A stretch of DNA of 64,000 nt from the NCBI GenBank assembly GCA_020184695.1, contig JAANOX010000267.1, positions 62,001 to 126,000 on the forward strand, written 5' to 3'. Source of the DNA: Histomonas meleagridis 2922-C6/04-290x. Lineage: Eukaryota > Protista > Parabasalia. Position 1 is the stretch's first letter. Every line of letters starts with the position of its first letter. Below, piece by piece: positions 54,949-64,000 of this stretch. Below the pieces are notes generated by a model. It was not told the origin of the DNA. It did not search any database and saw only the letters and a list, made by a program, of their open reading frames with translations. The position numbers were made by a program, and so were the translations under genes.

Positions 54949-56750
54949 GTGACAAATTTAAAAGTTAAAACAATTGATGATTATGCTTTTTGTAATTTTA
55001 ATTGTGTTGGTTTACAAATTTTTGAACTTGAGCATTGTGAACATATTGGAAGTCATGTATTTGAAAATACATATATAACAGGTGTATCATTACCAAAACT
55101 TAAAAGTTGTGGCTCATATATATGTAATAATTGTCAATTTATTACTGAAATATATTTGCCAGAACTTGAAACATGTTCTGATTTTGCATTTGCTAATGTT
55201 CCAAATTTGGTTAACTTGACTCTTCCGAAACTTCAAACAATTGGAAGTAATCCATTTATTGGATCGCAAAGATTAACAATAATAAATTTACCAAATTTGA
55301 AATATGCATCCGATAACTTTTTCTCAAATGTTAACATTAAACATTTTGAGTTTAATAATTTGATTAGTATAGGTAATAATGCATTTACGAATGCACGTGA
55401 TATTGTTGAAACAATTAATTTTCCAAATGTTACAACCATTGGTGATTATTTTTTATATGATTGTGATAAAATAACAAAAATTGAGTTACCTAAACTTGAG
55501 TCCATTGGATCATATTCATTTTTATATTGTGATAATTTAACAAATATTTCATTACCAAAATTAAAATGTTTTAATAATGAATTAATTCGATCATGTAATA
55601 AAATCGAAACGATTTATTTTCCAGAATTAACAACGATTGGGAAATATTTTATATGTAATTGTATTAATGTTTCGAATGTTATATTACCAAAAGTTATTAA
55701 TATAACAAACACAGCCTTTGTTAATTGTAGTTCGATAAAAACATTAAATTTAAATACTATAAAATATATTGAAAATGGACCAATTGAAATTAATTGTAAA
55801 TCATTAACACACATTTATATGGATTCACTTATCACGTCTCCATTATATTTATTTAGTAACATTGAAACATTGGAATATGTTTCATTACAAAATCTTAATG
55901 AAAGTAAAGGATATTTATTTGTACTAAATTAACACAAATTAATATTCCAAACATTAAATATATGAATCAATATAATTCAGGATATGAATTTTCACATTGT
56001 TCATCATTAAATTCGATAAGTTTGGAACATTTAATACGTATTCAAGGAACAAATACATTTGAACATTGTATATCACTTGAAAGGATCAATTTAAATCATA
56101 TTAGAAATATTGGCGATAATGCATTTTTAGGATGTATTAAACTTGTGAACATTACAATAAATTCATTGTTGGCATTACCATCATCATGTTTTAAAGATTG
56201 CATTTCATTACACAGAGCAATATTTGAAAATGTAAATTATTTCGAAGGTGATAACCAATTCTATAATTGCATATCATTAATATATATTTATCTTCCTGGT
56301 CTTAAAACAGTTTCAATTAATTCTACGAATATATTTTATAATTGCAACAACATACAAATTATTGTTTTATCATCAACACCACCAACGGCATTTAATGATA
56401 ATATCTTTCCGAATAATAATTTCAGTATTTGTTTACCTAATGAAGACGATTATGATAATTATCGAAATAATTGCAGTGATGTCAACATTTGTAATGATAA
56501 GTTATGGAAAGGTATTAATATTGAAACAAATGATGAATTGATAGAGAAATGCAAAGTATATACGAAATTCAAAGAACCTGAGAAATTCGATAATTTAATG
56601 TATCTCGTTTACATCGGCGTTCCATTTGTACTGATTATAATTGTCGCACTTGTTGTTGTGTTTGTATTATATAGGAAGAAAAAGAAGGAAAAAGAAGAAA
56701 TTGAAATGGTTCCACATTTGTCAATTCAAATTGTGGAAAATATCCTTTAA
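54949..56750 (+). pseudogene. BspA-like LRR membrane protein, frameshifted near 55920 and lacking an ATG
   Basis: ORFs 54949-55932 and 55962-56750 are one LRR series in two frames; C-terminal TM followed by RKKKK. Confidence 0.7.
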
Positions 56751-57689
56751 ATAAATTATCGATATATTAAATAATTTTTAAGTTTTTTATTTGTTTATTT
56801 AAATGTTAAAATATTTTTGATGTGATATATAAAATTACTTTTTTGTTTTTATTTTGTTTATTTAATAATATGTGTACGCTTATAAATTGCTCTTTGAAAT
56901 TTAATAAATAAATGATATCATATGAGAATGATGATTGCTTTTTATACTGAAGAAATCAGGGCTAGATGAAAATTACATAAGAAAAAATTGCTCAACTTAT
57001 CAAAAATAAAAGTTTAATTAATTAACTTTTTAGTAACCAACTGTGAAACGTTTTCCAATATGATTACCATCAGAAATTGCATATCAATGATAACATGTTA
57101 GATATGGATATAATTTTAATTTTGTATTCTATTAATTTGTCAAATTAAAAATGCTAAATCAGAGTTTCACCAAAATTTAAAATTTACTAAAACAAATTTT
57201 CGCATTGAATAATTTCTTAATTAAAACCATTGATTCAGTTTCCCTTCTCGGTAATTCCTTACTCAATTTGCGGGTGTTTTCTAGTTTGGTTGACCCTTCT
57301 CATTTAGCAAGCCTGCCTTTATCATTCTCTTCTTCTCCTGTGCGACAGTCCCCTTTGTAGTATTTCAATTTTCCTTTAGGCTTATAATCAAAGTATTATT
57401 TAGTGATAATTAGGGATATAACATACATTTTATATTTTAAAATATATTTTTAAATCTAGAATATCATAAATTCATATTGTTGAAGGAATTTGTTCCTCTA
57501 TGAAAATCCATCTTTTTTGAAATATTTCTGAAATACCTCAAAAATAAAATTAATATTTTTACCTTTAATATAAATTACTTGAAGTAGAAAAATGTTCTTC
57601 AAGCATTTTGTGCAACTGCTGAATAAAATTTGTTTTCAAATTGAAAATGTCATTTTTCAGTTGAATTTTATCGTTTCTCATTTTTCAGG

Positions 57690-58475
57690 ATGTTAGACGA
57701 AGAGGTCCCAAAACCCAAAGTAGTTGCAACTCCCACACTAGCAAAATCATCTTCAGTAATCATTGAAGTTATCGTTTTTATTGGTATTATTTTCTCAGCA
57801 CTCGAAGGATTTGGAAAGTCATTTCCAATTTCTGAGCAGAAAGCTAACATAATTCAAACACTTTTTGTTGTTTCCATCTTATTGTACCATATTGCCAATT
57901 TTATTTTCGAATTTATTTCTCAAGAAGAAAAAGTTCAAATTGGAAATTATCTCCTTCTAAACAAGGATGTTCATTATGCATCAATGATCCTCTTATTCTA
58001 CATGTCAGGAAAATGTCCTATTTTCTTGGTTGCTTATTACGGCTTTTCATTTTCTATTCGCTTTATCAAATTTATCTTTGCACAACTACAAAAACTGAAA
58101 GAATCAGCAGTACAAAACACATTTGTTCAGGTAGTTACTCAAGTAATGGCTTATCCTGCTGTTGTAATGTTCCCAACTTATTTGGAAATTGCATTGACAA
58201 TCCGAGTTATTTTCATTCCAATTTTCAATTTCCGATTCCTTACATTGCTTTCTGCAATAACATATGAACTTTGGATTGCATTGTATAATTATCGCATGAA
58301 CGATTCACACAACAGATTTTGGAGTAACTTGTCATTAACTCTTAGAGAATATGCTGCAAAGAACCCAGAACCATTTGGTATGGCTATTGAATCATTTGTT
58401 GAAAAGTTTTCATCATTTGTCGAAAAAATTTCAGCAATTTACCCATCAAAGGAAGTCAAAGTCCACCTACAATAA
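57690..58475 (+). CDS. TMEM33/Pom33-like membrane protein
   Basis: Several TM segments, and YNYRMNDSH..FW followed by an amphipathic tail. Confidence 0.55.
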   Translation: MLDEEVPKPKVVATPTLAKSSSVIIEVIVFIGIIFSALEGFGKSFPISEQKANIIQTLFVVSILLYHIANFIFEFISQEEKVQIGNYLLLNKDVHYASMILLFYMSGKCPIFLVAYYGFSFSIRFIKFIFAQLQKLKESAVQNTFVQVVTQVMAYPAVVMFPTYLEIALTIRVIFIPIFNFRFLTLLSAITYELWIALYNYRMNDSHNRFWSNLSLTLREYAAKNPEPFGMAIESFVEKFSSFVEKISAIYPSKEVKVHLQ

Positions 58476-58748
58476 ACAAACATTTTTCATGCATTTTGAA
58501 AAATAAAAGCATTCCTAAATAGAAAATATGAAAAATTAAAAATTTTGTATAATTCTTCTTAAGTTAACGCAAGGATAAAACTGCGTTTAGAAATTATAAA
58601 AACTCATATTGAGGATAAAAGAACATCAAAATTGGAGAAAAAAATATTTTTTCCAAAGAATGAGCACTTTTGCTTATATTAAGATTTGAATTCAAGACGA
58701 TTGCGGGTCGGAGGACGTTAAATCAAATGGGGTATTTTTACCCTTCAA

Positions 58749-59114
58749 ATGGCGACACCTTGGCAACAAGAAGTCGAAAGGGAAAATCAAAACATTGATA
58801 AATTCCTACGCGGTATGGCTGAATACCCACCGCCAATACCGGACGCTGTTATTTCTCATATTTTATCAGAAGCAGGATTATCAACATCAGATATTAGAGT
58901 ATGTAGAACTCTAAACGTTGCATGCCAAAAATTTATAAGCGATGTTTTGGAAGATTGTGCTAGTATTGCAAAACAAAGGAAGAAAAGCACGACCAAAGAT
59001 AAATTGAAAAATATTGATCTCCAAGTTTCTGATCTAAAGGCTGCTTTAGAAATGCGCGATATACATGTTCACAGACCAGAATTTATTGTTTCAATACCAC
59101 AAACAGAAGAATAA
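58749..59114 (+). CDS. TAF10: TFIID subunit TAF10
   Basis: FL..M.EY.P.IPDAV..H.L..AG....D.RV.R....A.QKFISDV..D and L...DL..AL. Confidence 0.9.
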   Translation: MATPWQQEVERENQNIDKFLRGMAEYPPPIPDAVISHILSEAGLSTSDIRVCRTLNVACQKFISDVLEDCASIAKQRKKSTTKDKLKNIDLQVSDLKAALEMRDIHVHRPEFIVSIPQTEE

Positions 59115-59380
59115 TTTTTTTTTGATAATCAATAAAACATTTCTTACAAATTCCCAAACTACTACTTTTTGCGTTTGAATGGTAAAATTCTTATGAGAGA
59201 TCCAGTCTTTAAGATAAAAGTGATATTTTATATTTGATATGTTTTTGTTATCATAATTTGTTTTTCCCTTATTAGATCTACTTTCTTCATTAATTCATAT
59301 GAAAATGTTCTTTTATTATTGATTATGATAGTTTCTTTATAATGAAATATGATCCTTATTTTTAACGTATTTTTCAACAA

Positions 59381-61657
59381 ATGAAAAAAAGGAGGGCTTC
59401 CTCCGTCTCAAGGGCATATCCAACAACATCAGAATTATCCGATCAAATAAAAAAGCTATTTCAAAATGCTGGTTTAGATATCGAGCCAATAAAAATTAAT
59501 TCTGAAGCAGAAGTTTCTCATGAAATTAAGTACCTTGAAAAAAATATATCTGAAGGAAATGATTGGGAGCAACAAGTTTCTGCAATTCAGCGTGCAATGG
59601 GATTAATAAATGGAGGCGCATTGAAATTTCTGCAATTTCAAAAAGGGTTAACTAAAATTTCTCCTGGACTTATTTCCGCAGCAAAAAATTTAAGGAGTGG
59701 CTTAGTCAAACAAAGTTGCCTTTTTATTTCTCAGTTAGCTAGAGAATTTAAATCATCAATTGAATCTGTTGGTGATTTTGTTACACCTCTCTCTGTGCAA
59801 CTATCCCATGGAACACAAATCATCGCTGAAAGTTGCAAATATGCGATTCTTAGTATTGCAAAAAATTGTCCATCAAGAAAAATCCTTAATTCAATTATTG
59901 AAATCGGAAATTCGCGCTCAGCACCTTCTCGCACGGTTGCTGCAGAGTCAATTCTTCTTATTTTACAAAATTGGGATATTCAATTTTTATCTCCACATCT
60001 CAAAAAAATAGAATCAATTATTTCTAAATTGGTTTCAGATTCTTCACCAAATGCTCGTTCTTTTGCTCGTCAAGCTGCAGCAGCTTATAAATCAATCTTT
60101 CCACAAATTGCAGATGCTTTTATTTCAACTCTTGATCCACGAACACAAATGACAATTAATGAAAACCAAACGATACATTCAACTGAAAAAAACAACACCA
60201 CTAAGCGAATCCAATACAACAAACCTCAAAAACAAACGAAAAAGGAAAACGTTAATCTCCAACCGCAACGATACGACGATAGCGTCCAAACAAATCAAAA
60301 TCAAAAACAACGTAAAAACATTCCAAGTTTTAAGCGTAAAATGAGTTCAGTTCAACCAAAAAGAGTTCAAATTGAAAACAATACAATAAAGCTTGTTGAA
60401 GGAAATGAAAAACAATATCTTCAATCAATTCGAAAAATAATTTTAGAAGACAATCAAAGTGAACTTCAAAACTCAATGGAATCCATAGCAAATGACTTAA
60501 TAATTTGTTCATCTAATATTTCATCTGTTATTTCATCCACAGCATTAATACTTATTGAACAAATATTACCAAATTTTAAAACATTTTTCGAACCACTTTT
60601 ATCATTATTAATTAAAACATTAATCGAACAAGTTGAACATGGATGTCCACGTTCATCATCGACATCACGAATCATATTAACAAATTTAACCGAATATTAT
60701 AACATTCATCAATTAATAATCGTTTCATTAACACTTCAGCCATCAATTCCATTATTAAATTACATTTCATTTTTAATATCATTCGATAACATCGAAAATT
60801 TCGATGATGAAAACATATATCAAAAACTTTTAGTTTTAGCATTTAAATGTTATAACATTGGGAAAATTCAAAATCGTCATTTATCAGCTCGAATCATTGA
60901 ATTCGTCAATAAAAAAAGTCCAAATTCCATTCAAACATTTACAAATAATTTACGTGATGAACAACTTCAAGAATTTTCCGATTTTATATTATCGTATATT
61001 CCAAACTTAAACTTACGACCGATTAAGAACAATGTTCCTATTTTTAACACTAAAAACCCAAACTTATGGCTAAAGAAGATCAAAAAGTTAATAAAAAATT
61101 CTGATAACGATTTTTCTTATATCAAATACAAAGTATATATTGAATTAAACGAAGCGCTTTTAGCACAATTTGAACCGAACGAAATCATAAAAATAATTTT
61201 AAACATTTTGTTGAAAAATGATATCAACGATTTCGAAAAAATTATTCCCGGAATACTATTAAACACAAGACAAAAAAACATAAAAAATGAAATAGAAAAA
61301 ATTTTTAATATAATAATAAAAAAGTGTCAAATTATGGAATTAATTTCTGCATTACAAAATTCGATCGAACAATTCGATAATATTCCAGAATTATCACGAA
61401 ACGCATTGATGTTCCAAATAAGAATAATCGCCTCTTTCAATAAAAACGAGATAAATAACGCAGTGGAATTAATGATTCCTGCATTAACAAAAGCATTCGA
61501 CGCAAAATTGCCCGAAATTAGAAAGGCAGTCGTGTTGAACTTCGTCGAATTGTTCATTAAATTGGGTAACGATGTAATGAATAGATATATATTACATTTA
61601 AATAAGGGGAAACAAAAATTAATAGCAATTTATGTGGCAAAAAGAAAAACTGCTTAG
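59381..61657 (+). CDS. CLASP-like TOG-domain microtubule-binding protein
   Basis: DWEQQVSA, LRSGLVKQSC and D.SP.ARS.AR in the N-terminal TOG; C-terminal EIRKAVV...VE...LG. Confidence 0.85.
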   Translation: MKKRRASSVSRAYPTTSELSDQIKKLFQNAGLDIEPIKINSEAEVSHEIKYLEKNISEGNDWEQQVSAIQRAMGLINGGALKFLQFQKGLTKISPGLISAAKNLRSGLVKQSCLFISQLAREFKSSIESVGDFVTPLSVQLSHGTQIIAESCKYAILSIAKNCPSRKILNSIIEIGNSRSAPSRTVAAESILLILQNWDIQFLSPHLKKIESIISKLVSDSSPNARSFARQAAAAYKSIFPQIADAFISTLDPRTQMTINENQTIHSTEKNNTTKRIQYNKPQKQTKKENVNLQPQRYDDSVQTNQNQKQRKNIPSFKRKMSSVQPKRVQIENNTIKLVEGNEKQYLQSIRKIILEDNQSELQNSMESIANDLIICSSNISSVISSTALILIEQILPNFKTFFEPLLSLLIKTLIEQVEHGCPRSSSTSRIILTNLTEYYNIHQLIIVSLTLQPSIPLLNYISFLISFDNIENFDDENIYQKLLVLAFKCYNIGKIQNRHLSARIIEFVNKKSPNSIQTFTNNLRDEQLQEFSDFILSYIPNLNLRPIKNNVPIFNTKNPNLWLKKIKKLIKNSDNDFSYIKYKVYIELNEALLAQFEPNEIIKIILNILLKNDINDFEKIIPGILLNTRQKNIKNEIEKIFNIIIKKCQIMELISALQNSIEQFDNIPELSRNALMFQIRIIASFNKNEINNAVELMIPALTKAFDAKLPEIRKAVVLNFVELFIKLGNDVMNRYILHLNKGKQKLIAIYVAKRKTA

Positions 61658-61847
61658 TTTTTTGTTATTAAATATTATTATAAATCTGAATTTTTTTTTC
61701 ATTTTCTACCGATAGAATTTTCTATACAACGATAATACTTTTTCATAACAACGATATAATTTGAATAAAACGATAAGTAACGTATTCAATGTATCCACTT
61801 TTTGATAGCATCGATACAATTGTTCTGCTTTTGATTGCGAAAATGGT

Positions 61848-64000
61848 TCATATCCATTGGTCGTTGTCATTGATTATTGATTCTTTAACATCGTCTTGAA
61901 TGTTTTCAAATTGTTGATTTTGTACGTCACTTTGTTCAATGCTTTCGTCATCAGTTTGAACATTTTTATTGTTTTGATGTCGTACAACGAACAAAATGAT
62001 TGCGATAATGACAATGACAGCGGCAATCGAGCCGCAAACGATTCCAATAACTTCGCCTTCAGAGAGCGAATTCATACTACTGTCTGACTGCGAATACATA
62101 GTAATGAAATACGTGTAAAATGCTTGCAGGGATGGATAGCGAACGACAGAGTATTCATAATAAACAAATTCGGTGTAAATATATGTCGAGGACCGCAAAG
62201 TATTTGTGAGAATACGCGTGTTCGAGATGTACGTGTTGACTACCGTGAAGCTTTCGACGGAAGTGAGCGAATATGTCAAAGAAAACGTATGCGTCATTGC
62301 ATGTGAACTCGATGATTCTGTTGGTGCTGTTGTTGACTCAGAAGATGATTCACTTGATGATTCAGACGATAATTCACTTGGTGATTCAGACGATAATTCA
62401 CCTGATGATTCAGATGATAATTCACTTGATGATTCAGATGATAATTCACTTGATGATTCAGATGATAATTCACTTGATGATTCAGACGATAATTCACTTG
62501 ATGATTCAGACGATAATTCACTTGATGATTCAGATGATAATTCACTTGATGATTCACTTGGTGATTCAGATGATAATTCACTTGATGATTCAGAATATGA
62601 TTCACTTGGTGATTCACTTGGTGATTCAGAAGATGATTCAGAAGATGATTCACTTGGTGATTCAGAAGATGATTCACTTAATGATTCAGAAGATGATTCA
62701 CTTGGTGATTCAGAAGATGATTCACTTGGTAATTCATCCGATGATCCGTCATTATTTACTATGTTATAACTCTTTAAGCTATTTGCTGCAGATTTAATTG
62801 TAAAGTTTTCTTCTTTTGTGTTAACTTGAACCTCACCGAAGTGATCGAATACTATTTCCACATCGTTCATAATAATTTTATCTTCTTCTACACCAATATG
62901 GCTTATATCAACATTTTGAACTGTCAGTGATTTACCATAAAGAAAACTCTGCATTGTCTTTAATGAATTTATATCAGTGACAATGTCATTTGCCTTAAGT
63001 TTTTTAGGTTTACAATTCCCAATGACACTCAAATTTTCCATTTCCAAATTCCATAAATTTACATTTGTTTCATATCCAAATCCAACGAATAAGTTTTGAA
63101 GTTTTGTTGTCGAATGTTCATTTTCCCCAACATCATATTCATTATGATTATCAATATATAAATGTGAATCATCTTCAGATGCAATTGAATGATTTTTCTT
63201 TAACAAATTTAATGGATTAATATTATGTTTGGAATAATTTGTTAACATAATATTAATTTCATTTTCTTTTACTATTTCATAAAAATTATTTAAATTCGTT
63301 TCATTTGTTATTATGTTATATTCTTTGGAACATTTGTTCGAACTTATTGATGAACAAATGTAATTAGGAAAACAATTAATTGCCCAAAATTCGAATGTTT
63401 TCCATTTTGTTGATGATATTATCACTTTGCATTTAGTATTAATTTGTATTTTTGTCATGTTTTGGATTTCAGTAACTATTAAATGTTCGTCAAGATAAAT
63501 TCGTTCTGTTGTAAGTGTTTCGTTATCGCATATAATTGTTCCAATTGTATCATTTGGAAGTTGAATTTCTGGTTGTGATATCAACGAAACTTTTGGATAT
63601 ATTAATCGATATGGAACTGGACCTGGAGGAGGATATACAATAAAGTCATGTTCATTTTGTAGATTTTCATTTGCTACAATTGAAGTAAAAACCGAATTTC
63701 GATATTTGATGTCATTTTCGGATTTTCCATTGCTTTCAACATAAGGCTCATTTGAAATTATTTTTTTAATATCTTTGAAATTAATTGCATTTTGCTTTTC
63801 CTTGTCAGGTAATGACATGCCCATGGATGATTTTTGCATAATTATTTGTTTTTCATCAAGATATGAAAGTGATGGTAAACCAACTAGATTTCGATAAAAA
63901 TTTAAATGGCGTTCTGCTTCATTAACGGTGTCGAAAACTATATCTGTCTTTGTAGTTGGAATTGAATTATAATCTGAGTTAACATTATATTGATTTTTCA
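61848..64000 (-). CDS. Single-pass surface protein with a Ser/Glu stalk; 5' end lies beyond the window
   Basis: The frame stays open from 63839 to the window end by hand translation. It has (SSES)n repeats, a T/S-rich segment, and TM IGIVCGSIAAVIVIIAIILF. Confidence 0.85.
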   Translation of the reverse strand, partial: KNQYNVNSDYNSIPTTKTDIVFDTVNEAERHLNFYRNLVGLPSLSYLDEKQIIMQKSSMGMSLPDKEKQNAINFKDIKKIISNEPYVESNGKSENDIKYRNSVFTSIVANENLQNEHDFIVYPPPGPVPYRLIYPKVSLISQPEIQLPNDTIGTIICDNETLTTERIYLDEHLIVTEIQNMTKIQINTKCKVIISSTKWKTFEFWAINCFPNYICSSISSNKCSKEYNIITNETNLNNFYEIVKENEINIMLTNYSKHNINPLNLLKKNHSIASEDDSHLYIDNHNEYDVGENEHSTTKLQNLFVGFGYETNVNLWNLEMENLSVIGNCKPKKLKANDIVTDINSLKTMQSFLYGKSLTVQNVDISHIGVEEDKIIMNDVEIVFDHFGEVQVNTKEENFTIKSAANSLKSYNIVNNDGSSDELPSESSSESPSESSSESLSESSSESPSESSSESSSESPSESPSESYSESSSELSSESPSESSSELSSESSSELSSESSSELSSESSSELSSESSSELSSESSSELSSESSGELSSESPSELSSESSSESSSESTTAPTESSSSHAMTHTFSLTYSLTSVESFTVVNTYISNTRILTNTLRSSTYIYTEFVYYEYSVVRYPSLQAFYTYFITMYSQSDSSMNSLSEGEVIGIVCGSIAAVIVIIAIILFVVRHQNNKNVQTDDESIEQSDVQNQQFENIQDDVKESIINDNDQWI
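62335..62735 (-). repeat. 12/24-nt coding tandem repeat (SSESSSEL-type)
   Basis: The plus strand reads GATGATTCAGATGATAATTCACTT-like units repeated many times. Confidence 0.9.

Noticed and set aside
57230-57400. Purine-rich minus-strand coding-like fragment
   Set aside because: Interrupted by a stop, with no start or recognisable motif.
62206-62797. Long ORFs on other frames over the Ser/Glu repeat (62206-62769, 62273-62797, 62294-62677)
   Set aside because: They are shadows of a stop-poor tandem repeat.

Overview
AT-rich, gene-dense eukaryotic DNA, most likely from a parabasalid (Tritrichomonas/Trichomonas-like). The evidence is BspA-type leucine-rich-repeat surface proteins, a DUF3447/ankyrin gene, an arginine deiminase with a hydrogenosome-type leader, Inr-like TCA(C/T)T motifs just before starts, and one spliceosomal intron ending in the parabasalid-type TCTAACACACAG. 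About 35 genes were seen, mostly housekeeping (INO1, CK2-alpha, TAF10, CLASP, eL31, transporters), plus several degraded surface-protein and ankyrin copies. The outstanding observation is that ankyrin-repeat genes here are interrupted, only in the D-x-x-G-x beta-hairpin, by AT-rich spacers of exactly 17 nt. The spacers sit between codons, often isolate single codons, and lack GT-AG ends. Removing 36 of them from 37720-40497 (minus strand) gives one stop-free 721-aa protein with consensus hairpins (KDNYGKTAL, KDKFGETAL, KNIEGQTAL). Removing 4 from an unrelated ankyrin gene at 6807-8113 gives one 412-aa ORF. This points to an undescribed excision, editing or bypass system, and RNA data are needed to test it. 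All family calls are from motif recognition by eye; no database searches were run.
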